A program made the translations under genes and the position numbers. A model generated the notes under the pieces. The model was not told the origin of the DNA. It did no database searches and saw only the letters and a program-made list of their open reading frames with translations. From the IMG/VR virus record IMGVR_UViG_3300006922_000026, positions 1 through 56,304 of that record: a DNA stretch of 56,304 nt, one strand, 5' to 3'. Positions 27,606 to 36,633 of the stretch are shown here, one piece after another. The first letter of the stretch is position 1, and the number at the start of each line of letters is the position of its first letter. Origin of the DNA: a virus (Duplodnaviria; Caudoviricetes).

Positions 27606-28292
27606 TTATGCAAGTTTAGGGAATAGCATATCAGTGCAAAACTTGTCTACATCTGCTTCGTCTAATCCTAAAGACTTCATTACGTTAGGTGTGTGGGGGT
27701 TTTGTTGCTGGTTATGACAGTAGTAATCTTGTGCGCCTGATACCAATGCTTTGTCGCCTTCGCCTTTTGTAATACCTACTTCATCGAAGTATGCACGTAG
27801 ATTGCTCAATGCAATACGTATAATTTCATCTGCTTCTTCGTCTGTCTTTACGTTACCTGCGGCAAGCATTTTATCTGTAAAGATGTTAGTTGCCCATTCT
27901 GGTAACTTGCGTTGCTTCTCCGGAACAAAGTGTTCTACACTTTCTCGGTAGCCATCAATCATAGGGTGATGCATATCACTGCTTGGTGAAAAATCGTGGA
28001 AGGCTCCTGTTATCTTATTCTTACCTGCAATAACATCAAAGCCGTATATAGGTGCTGGGTTGTCTAACGTAGGAAAAATACATACATGCATCATCCACAA
28101 GCCTTTTGAAGCACGAGCATCTACAACATCAATGTGAGCTCGTCTAACATTATCATTTGCCCATACCCTATTAATCCAGCCGCCATCAGGACGATTAAAA
28201 TAGTCCAGTCCAGGCTCATTAATTTCTTTAGCCTGTTCGTCAAAAATTTGTATGATTTCATCTTTGCAATTGATTAGTTTATCCCAAAGCAT
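27606..28292 (-). CDS. pcyX: Ferredoxin-dependent bilin reductase, PcyX/PcyA family
   Basis: RRAHIDVVD, MMHVCIFP, PIYGFDVIAG, FHDFSP, LPEWA.NIF, QQQNPHT; downstream of heme oxygenase. Confidence 0.85.
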   Translation of the reverse strand: MLWDKLINCKDEIIQIFDEQAKEINEPGLDYFNRPDGGWINRVWANDNVRRAHIDVVDARASKGLWMMHVCIFPTLDNPAPIYGFDVIAGKNKITGAFHDFSPSSDMHHPMIDGYRESVEHFVPEKQRKLPEWATNIFTDKMLAAGNVKTDEEADEIIRIALSNLRAYFDEVGITKGEGDKALVSGAQDYYCHNQQQNPHTPNVMKSLGLDEADVDKFCTDMLFPKLA

Positions 28293-28448
28293 TTACTTCA
28301 CCTTTCTGCTTGTGGTCTTCTCCAACCATGCGACTTTTTTCTGTAAGTCGATTATTTGTTCTTGTAGTAATTGTATTTGTGCTATTACTTTTAATTCTTT
28401 ATCTTTGTTTGCTTGAACTTGAAATTCAGGCACTTCACTTAACTTCAT
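28293..28448 (-). CDS. Small coiled-coil protein
   Basis: MKLSEVPEF...; fills gap between hemO and pcyX. Confidence 0.55.
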   Translation of the reverse strand: MKLSEVPEFQVQANKDKELKVIAQIQLLQEQIIDLQKKVAWLEKTTSRKVK

Positions 28449-28974
28449 CTTGCATCTCTTTAAATAAATCAGTTGCGAATTGGAAACAAATTCTTGCTTC
28501 AGGAGCCATGTCATCATTTAGACGCTCTCTGATTGCAGTCTTAAGTTCATCTGGTTGTGTAAAATCATACATAGTTCCTTTACCAGGAATCTTTTTACGT
28601 ATCATTTGTCCACCACTCAAATCACCCATATGTCTTGTATAAATGTGTGCCATTAATTTTTGTTTATCATCTCTGATACTCATAATATGGTCTGCGTACA
28701 TTTTACTACTTGGTGCAAGTTTCGGTGGGTTTTCTAAATCATTCCATAGTTCAGTGTAGTCTTCAAGTATCTTACTTGCCCGTCTAACATCTGGCAAGTC
28801 ATCTAACACACCTTCTGCCATTGCAACAGTTTCTAATAGGTTATAATTTACGTATTGGTTATATAAAAAAGTTGCGTATACTTTAGGGTCAATCTTGCCA
28901 CTCATTAATACTTTTACAAAGCCTTGGCGTTCTGCATTTCTATGATGCTCATATGTTAATTCTTTTAAACTCAT
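28435..28974 (-). CDS. hemO: Heme oxygenase
   Basis: LKELTYEHHRNAE (proximal His), AHIYTRHMGDLSGGQ distal helix. Confidence 0.93.
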   Translation of the reverse strand: MSLKELTYEHHRNAERQGFVKVLMSGKIDPKVYATFLYNQYVNYNLLETVAMAEGVLDDLPDVRRASKILEDYTELWNDLENPPKLAPSSKMYADHIMSIRDDKQKLMAHIYTRHMGDLSGGQMIRKKIPGKGTMYDFTQPDELKTAIRERLNDDMAPEARICFQFATDLFKEMQDEVK

Positions 28975-29274
28975 TTAGTCCTTCTCTATTCTGATTTGTA
29001 ATGGGAACCCTGCGTTCCTACTTAGGGTCGTTGCTTCAATACTTTTCTGCTCAGCAAGTTCAAAACTATATACACCACATATTGCACTTCCTTCTTGATG
29101 AATCTTCATCGTTAAGTCTCTTGCATTTTCTGGTGTGTGTTTAAAAATAGATGTTAAGATTTCTATTACAAAATCCATAGGCGTATGGTCGTCATTAAGT
29201 AATATAACTTTGTATCGATCAGGTGTTGAAATTACCTGTTCAATCTTTTCGTCAATGTCTACTGCTGTACTCAT
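28975..29274 (-). CDS. clpS: ClpS adaptor
   Basis: YKVILLNDDHTPMDFV...IHQEGSAICG...GFPL. Confidence 0.95.
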   Translation of the reverse strand: MSTAVDIDEKIEQVISTPDRYKVILLNDDHTPMDFVIEILTSIFKHTPENARDLTMKIHQEGSAICGVYSFELAEQKSIEATTLSRNAGFPLQIRIEKD

Positions 29275-29303
29275 ATTGTCTCCTTAACTATTTATTATGA
29301 GTG

Positions 29304-29333
29304 TTTGCAGTCGACCCTAAAGCCGACTGCAAA
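29304..29333. terminator. Strong hairpin after hsp20
   Basis: TTTGCAGTCG/CGACTGCAAA 10 bp perfect stem. Confidence 0.65.
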
Positions 29334-29340
29334 TCCTTGT

Positions 29341-29781
29341 TTACTTAACTGTGATTGAACGTGCTTTCTTCGCCTCTGGAACAATACGCTCCATTGCTAT
29401 TTTAAGCAATCCATCTTTCAACTCAGCGCCGTTAACTACAACATCATCAGCGATTGAAAAAGACTTACTAAACTGTCTTTTACTAATGCCTTGGTGTTGT
29501 ACACCTTCTCTCTGTGCTTCGTTGTTATCGTGTACAGATTTTACTGTTACAACACCATCTTCGTATTGTACATCAATATCGTCTTTACCGAATCCTGCAA
29601 GAGCCAATTCAATATCGTAGGTGTAATCACCTGTTCTTACAATATTGTATGGGGGGTAGTTAGTAGTTGGAGCGTCAAAGAAGTTATCGTTGAACATCCT
29701 TTCGAATCTGTCAAATACAGGATCGAATCCTACTGTTACGGGTCTTAGTTGGTTAAAAATTGATAGGGATTTGTTTGTCAT
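29341..29781 (-). CDS. Small heat-shock protein (Hsp20/IbpA-like)
   Basis: VGFD, YPPYNI, IELALAGF, GISKRQF, A.LKDGLL. Confidence 0.95.
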   Translation of the reverse strand: MTNKSLSIFNQLRPVTVGFDPVFDRFERMFNDNFFDAPTTNYPPYNIVRTGDYTYDIELALAGFGKDDIDVQYEDGVVTVKSVHDNNEAQREGVQHQGISKRQFSKSFSIADDVVVNGAELKDGLLKIAMERIVPEAKKARSITVK

Positions 29782-29841
29782 TTGCTTTCCTCCTATTGTT
29801 AAGCGAGTTATATAATGTAAGACCTATCAAGCATCTTACAC
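29782..29841 (-). promoter_or_regulatory. ROSE-like RNA thermometer
   Basis: Hairpin UGUAAGA/UCUUACA, then CUCGCU able to pair with AGGAG SD leaving a bulged G. Confidence 0.6.
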
Positions 29842-29909
29842 TAATATTTATCATTGTACTTACAATTATACGCAATTTTGATAGAAAAATCAAGTGCTTT
29901 GTTTACCAA

Positions 29910-31022
29910 TTATGCGTTGTATTGATTGAACACTTGATTAACCTGTTGTGTACATCTTACGAATGTTGTACACTTAGGCATATCTTTAATGCGTTTTGCT
30001 CCAATGTAAGTACAAGTAGATCGTAAACCACCAAGTATTTCTGTTAGTGTACCTTCTACTTCTCCTTTGTAAGGAATAGAAACAAGTTTGCCTTCAGCAC
30101 CCCTGTATCCATCTTTACGTGTACCATGTGTCGCCATGGCCGCGTCTGAGCTCATTCCGTAGAACTCAACAAAACTCTGTTCAGCAAAGTGCGGAACATA
30201 AGTTCCATTGTCTAACTTATGAGCACCTCCTGTTGATGTGTGTTTTGTAATAATGTTACCACCACCTTCTTTGTGTCCTGCTAACATACCGCCAAGCATA
30301 ACAAAGTGAGCACCTGCTCCAAAGGCTTTACTTACATCTCCTGGATACACACAACCGCCATCAGCAATAATGTGTCCACCAATACCATTGGCCGCATCAG
30401 CACATTCAATAATGCCTGATAGTTGCGGTACACCAACACCTGTCATTAGTCGTGTAGTACATACTGATCCTGGACCAATACCACACTTGACAATGTCAGC
30501 ACCTTTGATAATAAGTTCTTCTGTCATCTCTGCTGAAATAACATTACCAGCAATAATAGTTTTGTCTGGGTATGCGTCTCTAACTCTTGCAATAAAGTCT
30601 GCATAGTTTTCGTGATAAGCATTTGCAACATCAATAGTAATAAACTTGATGTCTGGATACATTTCTAATACTGCTTTCATAGTAGCATAGTCTTTTGCAT
30701 CTTTATCCCAAATAACTCCTGTACCTGTGCAAACACTTAGGTACTTCATCTTTACACCTGCACTGTGTTCTTTCCAGTCATCTACTGAATAGTGCTTTCG
30801 CATTACAGTAATCATTTTATGTTCTTGCAGGACCTTCGCCATCTCGAATGTACCAACACCGTCCATGTTACTTGACATGATCGGTACTCCAGTCCATTCA
30901 TTACCATAATGAAACTTGATCGTTCGAGTCAAGTCAACGTCACGCCTGCTTTCTAATTTAGACCGTTTAGGCTTAAACAGTACGTCTTTGTAATCTAACT
31001 TAACATCTTGTTCGATTCTCAT
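29910..31022 (-). CDS. guaC: GMP reductase
   Basis: KLDYKDVL, NMDGVGTF, IDVANAY, GIGPGSVCTTR, FYGMSS, LRSTCTYIGA. Confidence 0.95.
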   Translation of the reverse strand: MRIEQDVKLDYKDVLFKPKRSKLESRRDVDLTRTIKFHYGNEWTGVPIMSSNMDGVGTFEMAKVLQEHKMITVMRKHYSVDDWKEHSAGVKMKYLSVCTGTGVIWDKDAKDYATMKAVLEMYPDIKFITIDVANAYHENYADFIARVRDAYPDKTIIAGNVISAEMTEELIIKGADIVKCGIGPGSVCTTRLMTGVGVPQLSGIIECADAANGIGGHIIADGGCVYPGDVSKAFGAGAHFVMLGGMLAGHKEGGGNIITKHTSTGGAHKLDNGTYVPHFAEQSFVEFYGMSSDAAMATHGTRKDGYRGAEGKLVSIPYKGEVEGTLTEILGGLRSTCTYIGAKRIKDMPKCTTFVRCTQQVNQVFNQYNA

Positions 31023-31603
31023 TGTGTAATTGCTCCATAATTGAATGACAGGCTCACCCTATCAAGGTTGTGTTTATTAATCTTAACTGCGTGAGATTGC
31101 CAACCTGGAAATACAATGATATCATTCTCTTGTGGTTGTACAGTAAGTCTTGTTCCTACTATAGGATTGTAGTCTGCATTAGTCGGTACGTAATAGTCTG
31201 CATCATCGTCACGTACAAATTCAATGCCACCACTGTCGGTGTCTGGTGTTTTTAAGTATAAGTTTCCTACAAGCAAAGCATTCCTATGCTTGTGTAAATT
31301 ATTGTATGCTCCAGTTGGATTTACATTGAGCCAGTAATTAAGTAAACTTACCATAGGTAGTCCTAATTCTTTTGCAATGTCGTTTACCATGTTATCAAGA
31401 AACTGTTGTAACCTTACTCCATGGGGCAATGGAAACGCTATACTCATTTCTTCTTCGTTATCAAATGTTTGAAATCCATTACAATCATTTAGTTTACCTA
31501 CTGCATATTTCTCGTATGCCATTTCTATAAGCCAAGACGTATCTATGCTGTCAGGCAATGTATTCTGCCACATTGGCGTTTCAAATAGATTTACTTTTTT
31601 CAT
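31019..31603 (-). CDS. TIGR02466-like 2OG-Fe(II) oxygenase
   Basis: WLNVN...HKH...FPGWQSHAV..N...RVSLSFN. Confidence 0.85.
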   Translation of the reverse strand: MKKVNLFETPMWQNTLPDSIDTSWLIEMAYEKYAVGKLNDCNGFQTFDNEEEMSIAFPLPHGVRLQQFLDNMVNDIAKELGLPMVSLLNYWLNVNPTGAYNNLHKHRNALLVGNLYLKTPDTDSGGIEFVRDDDADYYVPTNADYNPIVGTRLTVQPQENDIIVFPGWQSHAVKINKHNLDRVSLSFNYGAITQ

Positions 31604-32232
31604 TCTGATAACTGTGGCATTCTTGGTTGCCCTGGACCATAATTAAAACTAATACTGTAACGTTCGCTTTTGCTCATGTTACTACATACACTATGTTTAA
31701 GCCAACTTGGAAATAATAATAGCAAGTTGTCTTTAGGTGCATAACTACCTTTTTGACTTGTAAAGTGATTGTATCTATCAAGGGGTGGAATAAAATGAAT
31801 TGCACTATCTTCTCTGTGGAATTCAATATTACCCATCTTGTCTGGATCAATAACATTTGTATATACTACACCACTGATCAAACTTCCTTGATGGTCGTGT
31901 AGCATGTTATGATCTTTGTGACCATTAATATTAAACCACATATTGTTTAAGTGTAGTTGCGGAAATCCTGCTTGTGTAACTGCAACACCTACTGCTTCAT
32001 CTAACTGTGTTTTAAACTTTTTTAGTTCCCATGGAGTACTCTGCTCTTGGAACTCTGGCCATTCAATTGAGCGACTTTGCCAACCACCTGAGTTACTTAC
32101 ACTTTCACCTTCTGGGTCTGCATGTCTTAATTGATCTGAGTATTGTTTAAGCCAGGCAATGTCTGCACCTAAGTCTAATGTTGCCCAGACAATACTTGGG
32201 AACCATAAATCTGCGTTTAGTTTAATAGCCAT
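31600..32232 (-). CDS. TIGR02466-like 2OG-Fe(II) oxygenase
   Basis: SNSGGWQS, WFNIN..HDH, FPSWLKHSV..N...RYSISFN; start revised to ATG 32232. Confidence 0.88.
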   Translation of the reverse strand: MAIKLNADLWFPSIVWATLDLGADIAWLKQYSDQLRHADPEGESVSNSGGWQSRSIEWPEFQEQSTPWELKKFKTQLDEAVGVAVTQAGFPQLHLNNMWFNINGHKDHNMLHDHQGSLISGVVYTNVIDPDKMGNIEFHREDSAIHFIPPLDRYNHFTSQKGSYAPKDNLLLLFPSWLKHSVCSNMSKSERYSISFNYGPGQPRMPQLSE

Positions 32233-32461
32233 AATCTTCTTTTCGTTTTGCAATCTTCTTAAGATGTCTGGCTCTACCTGCCGCTTTTGCCATCTTACGT
32301 TTCTCGCTCGGCTTTGTATAAGCCTGTTTATCTTTTAGTGTTAGTAGTACACCGTCATCGTTAACTTTACGTTTGAATCTACGCAAGGCACCATTCATGT
32401 CGCCATTCCTAACTTCAACGTGTAGTCCCTTATATTTCTTCTCGCCTTTGTCATACTTCAA
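32222..32461 (-). CDS. rpsU: Ribosomal protein bS21 (copy 2)
   Basis: VEVRNGDMNGALRRFKRKV...AYTKPSEKRK. Confidence 0.88.
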   Translation of the reverse strand: MKYDKGEKKYKGLHVEVRNGDMNGALRRFKRKVNDDGVLLTLKDKQAYTKPSEKRKMAKAAGRARHLKKIAKRKEDYGY

Positions 32462-32846
32462 AGTAGTTTACTCCTTCTGCTACTTGTGTCATGTCGTAAA
32501 CTTTGTTAACATTAATAATATTATACGACATATGGTCGGCAGTTGTCAAGTAAAAAGTTTTATTAAACTTCAACAACCAGCCAGTTAACCACTCAATTCT
32601 TTTTGATTGGTCTAAATTTATGTAAATGTGATCAACCATGTTAGCAATATTAATCAGCCACTGGTCTGTGTCTTCTGGTACCTCTTCTTGGAAAAGGTAT
32701 AAATTGATGTCGCTCTTGAAGTCTTTAGCAAGACTGTTGAATTGCTCTTTGTCTACGTTGCTTGGGTTAACAAGTAGTATGCTTGGATTATCATTTTGCA
32801 ATGTATCCGGAGCAGTGATCAGATTCATTTTTAATTCTTTTGTCAT
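32451..32846 (-). CDS. Hypothetical protein
   Basis: 131 aa; LITAPD motif; TAAGTA 6 nt upstream. Confidence 0.7.
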   Translation of the reverse strand: MTKELKMNLITAPDTLQNDNPSILLVNPSNVDKEQFNSLAKDFKSDINLYLFQEEVPEDTDQWLINIANMVDHIYINLDQSKRIEWLTGWLLKFNKTFYLTTADHMSYNIINVNKVYDMTQVAEGVNYFEV

Positions 32847-32926
32847 CGTAAGTACTTATTAGCGTCTTTTAAGGATGTCTTTGAAATGTGAACTTTCGTG
32901 TTGTTCTGCGTTTTGAGTGTAGGGCT

Positions 32927-34597
32927 CTATGACTTCGGTGTACTGGTCTTTCTTACTTGCTTGTTCCCTTCCTTTTTTATGTAATTGGTTCCGTCCGGGG
33001 TTTTTTTTTGATCTTCTATCTCTGCACCATAAAAGATTCTGTTCTTGGTATCTGGAAGTTCTTTTGGAGTATCTTCTTCTGGATTCTTTTCTGCTTCTTC
33101 GTTTGCTTTTTCAACCCAATCATTCCATTTGTCTAAGTCGTCTTGAACTTCTTCTGGTATTGGTTGTTCTTCGTTGATTGGTTGTGCATTGTCTGCCTGT
33201 GCATACATTTCCGCAAATTCTTCGTTACGTTCTTCTATAGCACGTTGTTCTTGTTCTTCTTTGAATCCTTCCATTGCCATTTCGTGCAATGTTTGTTCTT
33301 CTGGTTCTTGACCGACGTTATACGATTGCTGAACTTCTTCGCCTTGCCAATCATCATTTTCATCGATTAATTTAGCACGATCAAACTCATAGTTTTGTCT
33401 GTGTGCTTCGTCCCACTCTGCTTCGGTGTAACTCGGGGCTGGACTATTTGGGTTGGACTTCGGGTCGAACTTTCCCGGCGAACCACCTCCGTTCCTATTC
33501 TCTCTTGCCCAATTAAATGTGTATTGTGATGCAATTAGTAATAGTACTGCAAGTGGATCAAATACAAATATAATAACAATAATAACCCATCTTACTGCTT
33601 CTTCAAGTAAGTTGTTGTCTGCGTTCTCGCCGTAAACAAATTCTGCAATGTATTTGATTGGACCTACTTCTGCTTCAAGTTTACGATACTCTTTTTCGTA
33701 TAAAAACTTTTCTTCACGTACATCATCAATCTTAACTTGCTCGTCTTCAATAAACCCTTCAAGTTCATCTACACGACTGTCAATGTCTACTGTCTTAGTA
33801 TTTGCTTGATTACGTAACGTTTGTATTCTATCATTAATTGCTTTAATACTATCTGCATACTTGGCATCAACTGCTTCAAGTGATGTTGTTAGTGTGTTAT
33901 TAATTTTTCTAATTTCTTTTTGTGCTGAACTGGCAACACTTAATTCGTTTGCTTTTGCTTTCTCAACTGCTTGATCATACTTTGTACCGCCGCCTATGGA
34001 TCCTTCAAATCTATCCTTGGCCGCTTTTATGTCTGTGAACTTACGTAACTTCGCTTGATCTAATCTGTCGTTTTGTAGTTTGATTTGTGCTTGTGCATCG
34101 GCTCTGACGTTGTCTTTCTCTTTCTCAATCTGGGCATAAAGATCTTTAAGAGCGTCATTTTCTCTGTCAATAAGGTTATCAACTCGAACATCTTGTCCTT
34201 TCATTAAGCGGTCAAGTTCGTCTTGCCACCTTGTAATTTTGGCTGTTGCTCTGTTTTGTTTGTCATCAAGTGTTTCAATAAGAGCAATCTGTTCTTGTGA
34301 CATGCTTGTTTGTTCAATGTGTGCTTTAGATAAGAAACCAAAGATACCCATGCTTGTAATAAACATAAGAACAAACACTGCTAAAGCAAGGTAAGTTTTT
34401 AACCACCATGTGGCACGATCCCAATACCTGTGTAACCACACCGCGGTAACTAATTTACCAACTTCTAATGATACACCCATTACAATAATGGGAATAACTG
34501 CGGCCGCGAAGATTGCGGCAAGTCCTGCTACGGAATAGTATATTGCAACTGCACTAATTACTAATGCAGTTAAAAAGGTAATGAATCCAAATATCAT
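32927..34597 (-). CDS. Membrane-anchored coiled-coil protein; possible -1 frameshift extension to 32859
   Basis: N-terminal TMs, long coiled coil, EVGPIKYIA/FDPLAV TM, acidic tail ending at an A9 run. Confidence 0.85.
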   Translation of the reverse strand: MIFGFITFLTALVISAVAIYYSVAGLAAIFAAAVIPIIVMGVSLEVGKLVTAVWLHRYWDRATWWLKTYLALAVFVLMFITSMGIFGFLSKAHIEQTSMSQEQIALIETLDDKQNRATAKITRWQDELDRLMKGQDVRVDNLIDRENDALKDLYAQIEKEKDNVRADAQAQIKLQNDRLDQAKLRKFTDIKAAKDRFEGSIGGGTKYDQAVEKAKANELSVASSAQKEIRKINNTLTTSLEAVDAKYADSIKAINDRIQTLRNQANTKTVDIDSRVDELEGFIEDEQVKIDDVREEKFLYEKEYRKLEAEVGPIKYIAEFVYGENADNNLLEEAVRWVIIVIIFVFDPLAVLLLIASQYTFNWARENRNGGGSPGKFDPKSNPNSPAPSYTEAEWDEAHRQNYEFDRAKLIDENDDWQGEEVQQSYNVGQEPEEQTLHEMAMEGFKEEQEQRAIEERNEEFAEMYAQADNAQPINEEQPIPEEVQDDLDKWNDWVEKANEEAEKNPEEDTPKELPDTKNRIFYGAEIEDQKKTPDGTNYIKKEGNKQVRKTSTPKS

Positions 34598-34653
34598 AGT
34601 TATCTCCTTAACGTAATATTTATCGTAGTTATAACCACAACATTTATGCTACT

Positions 34654-35091
34654 TTATCTAATGAACTTCCATTTGCTGGAGCCATTCTTACAAGCAGTCT
34701 CTTTAAAACTACGAACCTTTTGTTTGTAGTTGATTTGTGATAGCAACACTCTACAGAAGCCACCACCCATTGGGTATGTCATTACAACACTAACCTTACC
34801 GTGTGATGCATTGTCGTTGCCAATCCATTCAGTAATGTCGCCTTCTTGTAGATTGTCTAATGCAAAGAATACGGCTTGTTCTTGTAGTAACTGATCCTCT
34901 GCAGGAAGTTTATATGACTTCCATTTAGCAAAGTTTGATACTACACTAATGTAAGATGTATTAGGTGAATAACTTGTGTTAGCACTACTACCTACACTAT
35001 CACTAATGTAAGTACGTTTAGATGTGCCACAGGCCGCTAAACTAATACATAAACTTAGGATTAATAATCTCCCAACCACCATGCTCTCCAT
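34654..35091 (-). CDS. Lipoprotein, 17 kDa surface-antigen-like
   Basis: Lipobox LAAC; W.G....G.V....CR...ETACK...W. Confidence 0.7.
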   Translation of the reverse strand: MESMVVGRLLILSLCISLAACGTSKRTYISDSVGSSANTSYSPNTSYISVVSNFAKWKSYKLPAEDQLLQEQAVFFALDNLQEGDITEWIGNDNASHGKVSVVMTYPMGGGFCRVLLSQINYKQKVRSFKETACKNGSSKWKFIR

Positions 35092-35395
35092 TCACATCAA
35101 GTTTACGACACACAAAGCCACGCCTTTGTTCTTGCTTACCTGCTATAGTAACATAGTAATAGTGTGGCCTGCAACTGTCTGCGATGCCTGTTTTCACAAT
35201 CATGTTATTCTTTAGATTGGGTCTATCAGTACATTCGACTTTTGTTTCACTGCTAACCTTATCGTCTTTGTTAACAATAGTTTCGTCAGTGTAACAGTAT
35301 TGCGGTTTGTTTGCTAAATTCTTGGGTGCCGAACTACAGGCGCCAAGCATGATTAGAAAACAGATTACGACTGCATACATGAATACGTTATACAT
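35042..35395 (-). CDS. Cys-rich lipoprotein
   Basis: Lipobox LGAC; four further Cys. Confidence 0.75.
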   Translation of the reverse strand: MYNVFMYAVVICFLIMLGACSSAPKNLANKPQYCYTDETIVNKDDKVSSETKVECTDRPNLKNNMIVKTGIADSCRPHYYYVTIAGKQEQRRGFVCRKLDVNGEHGGWEIINPKFMY

Positions 35396-35397
35396 AA

Positions 35398-35892
35398 TTA
35401 ACTCTGAGTTGCTTTTGCTTCGTTAATCAAAGATTCAAAGACTTCTTTAGTCATCTTGATCTTCATAAATGTGTGGAATTGACCACCGTACATATATGTG
35501 TACTTCTCAGATTCAAGTTGACGTCTTACTACTGTCTTATCGACAATATGTTCTACGTAAGTTCTTGTGTTCTTAGAATCGTTTTTAATATCTACTGATG
35601 TAGATGCTTTTATGTTACTGTGTATTCTTTCAGCAACACCTTTTAGTGCGAACGTCTTTGCTTGTGCCGTTGCCGCTTGATCAAATGTGCTTACACCTTT
35701 ACCACATGCATAAACATAATCTGTACCAAACCAGAACAAGAAGTTACCTTCTGTTCCCATTTCTTGACACTTTGCATACCACTTAGGTTCTACATAAGTA
35801 TCTCTTTCAGCAACCTGAGTCATTGTACTACACGCACCCAACATGGATGCAAGAGCAACTCCGATTACTGCATTTTTTAACACGCCTGCCAT
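35398..35892 (-). CDS. Lipoprotein (LPP20-like)
   Basis: Lipobox LGAC; PKWY...G.S...A...A...A. Confidence 0.75.
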   Translation of the reverse strand: MAGVLKNAVIGVALASMLGACSTMTQVAERDTYVEPKWYAKCQEMGTEGNFLFWFGTDYVYACGKGVSTFDQAATAQAKTFALKGVAERIHSNIKASTSVDIKNDSKNTRTYVEHIVDKTVVRRQLESEKYTYMYGGQFHTFMKIKMTKEVFESLINEAKATQS

Positions 35893-35929
35893 TTTAAAGC
35901 CTCCTTGTTTGCCTTTTCATTGTCCCTAT

Positions 35930-35958
35930 AGTATATACAATGTTTGAATAAAAGTCAA
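35930..35958 (-). promoter_or_regulatory. Sigma70-type promoter
   Basis: TTGACT-17 nt-TATACT. Confidence 0.7.
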
Positions 35959-35961
35959 CCA

Positions 35962-36633
35962 TTACTTTACCAATTTATTTTTATTTAAAATATCCTTGAT
36001 CTTCTTAACTTTTATCTTAACAAGTTTAGTATACTTTGGGTTAGTACTCCATTCAGATAACAAATCAATTTGTTTATCTAAATCCAATTTACCTGAGTCA
36101 TGTTGTTTTGCACGTTCAATTCTATATTCTTCATATGCATGATACTCGTTTACATTACGAATCATATCTTTAACACTATCGCATTTGGTTTTGTATTTCT
36201 TTACACCAAATTCTGCATCAGGTAGTTCTTTTGGTTTCAGTTGTGGTGCTTCTGGATCCCATGTTCTGTAACCAAATAAGTTGTTGCCTTCTGTAGCAAA
36301 TCTACTCTTGCCATATCCTGTTTCAAGAACAGCCATTGCTATAATAATCATTTTAGGAACACGTTGTTCGTGCGGTATAGTCATATTCAAAAAGTCTACA
36401 CAACGACCAATGCCTACAACAAATTCATAGTTGTTTGTATATTCAATACTTGGTTGTTGGAAACCAAATGCTTTCCACTCCTCATTGAATGCCGCCTTGG
36501 CTTTTGCTATAAGATTATTCTTTGTCCAATAGTTAGGATAAAATGTACCAGCACCGTAACTACCAATTCCAATAACAGCCATAGCGATTAATATTATTAC
36601 AGTAGTACGTATCTTAGTCCAATGCTTCTTCAT
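35962..36633 (-). CDS. GH73 glucosaminidase (Bax/FlgJ-like) with N-terminal anchor
   Basis: AMAVLETGYGKSRF..GNNLFG, WSTNPKY; N-terminal TM. Confidence 0.88.
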   Translation of the reverse strand: MKKHWTKIRTTVIILIAMAVIGIGSYGAGTFYPNYWTKNNLIAKAKAAFNEEWKAFGFQQPSIEYTNNYEFVVGIGRCVDFLNMTIPHEQRVPKMIIIAMAVLETGYGKSRFATEGNNLFGYRTWDPEAPQLKPKELPDAEFGVKKYKTKCDSVKDMIRNVNEYHAYEEYRIERAKQHDSGKLDLDKQIDLLSEWSTNPKYTKLVKIKVKKIKDILNKNKLVK

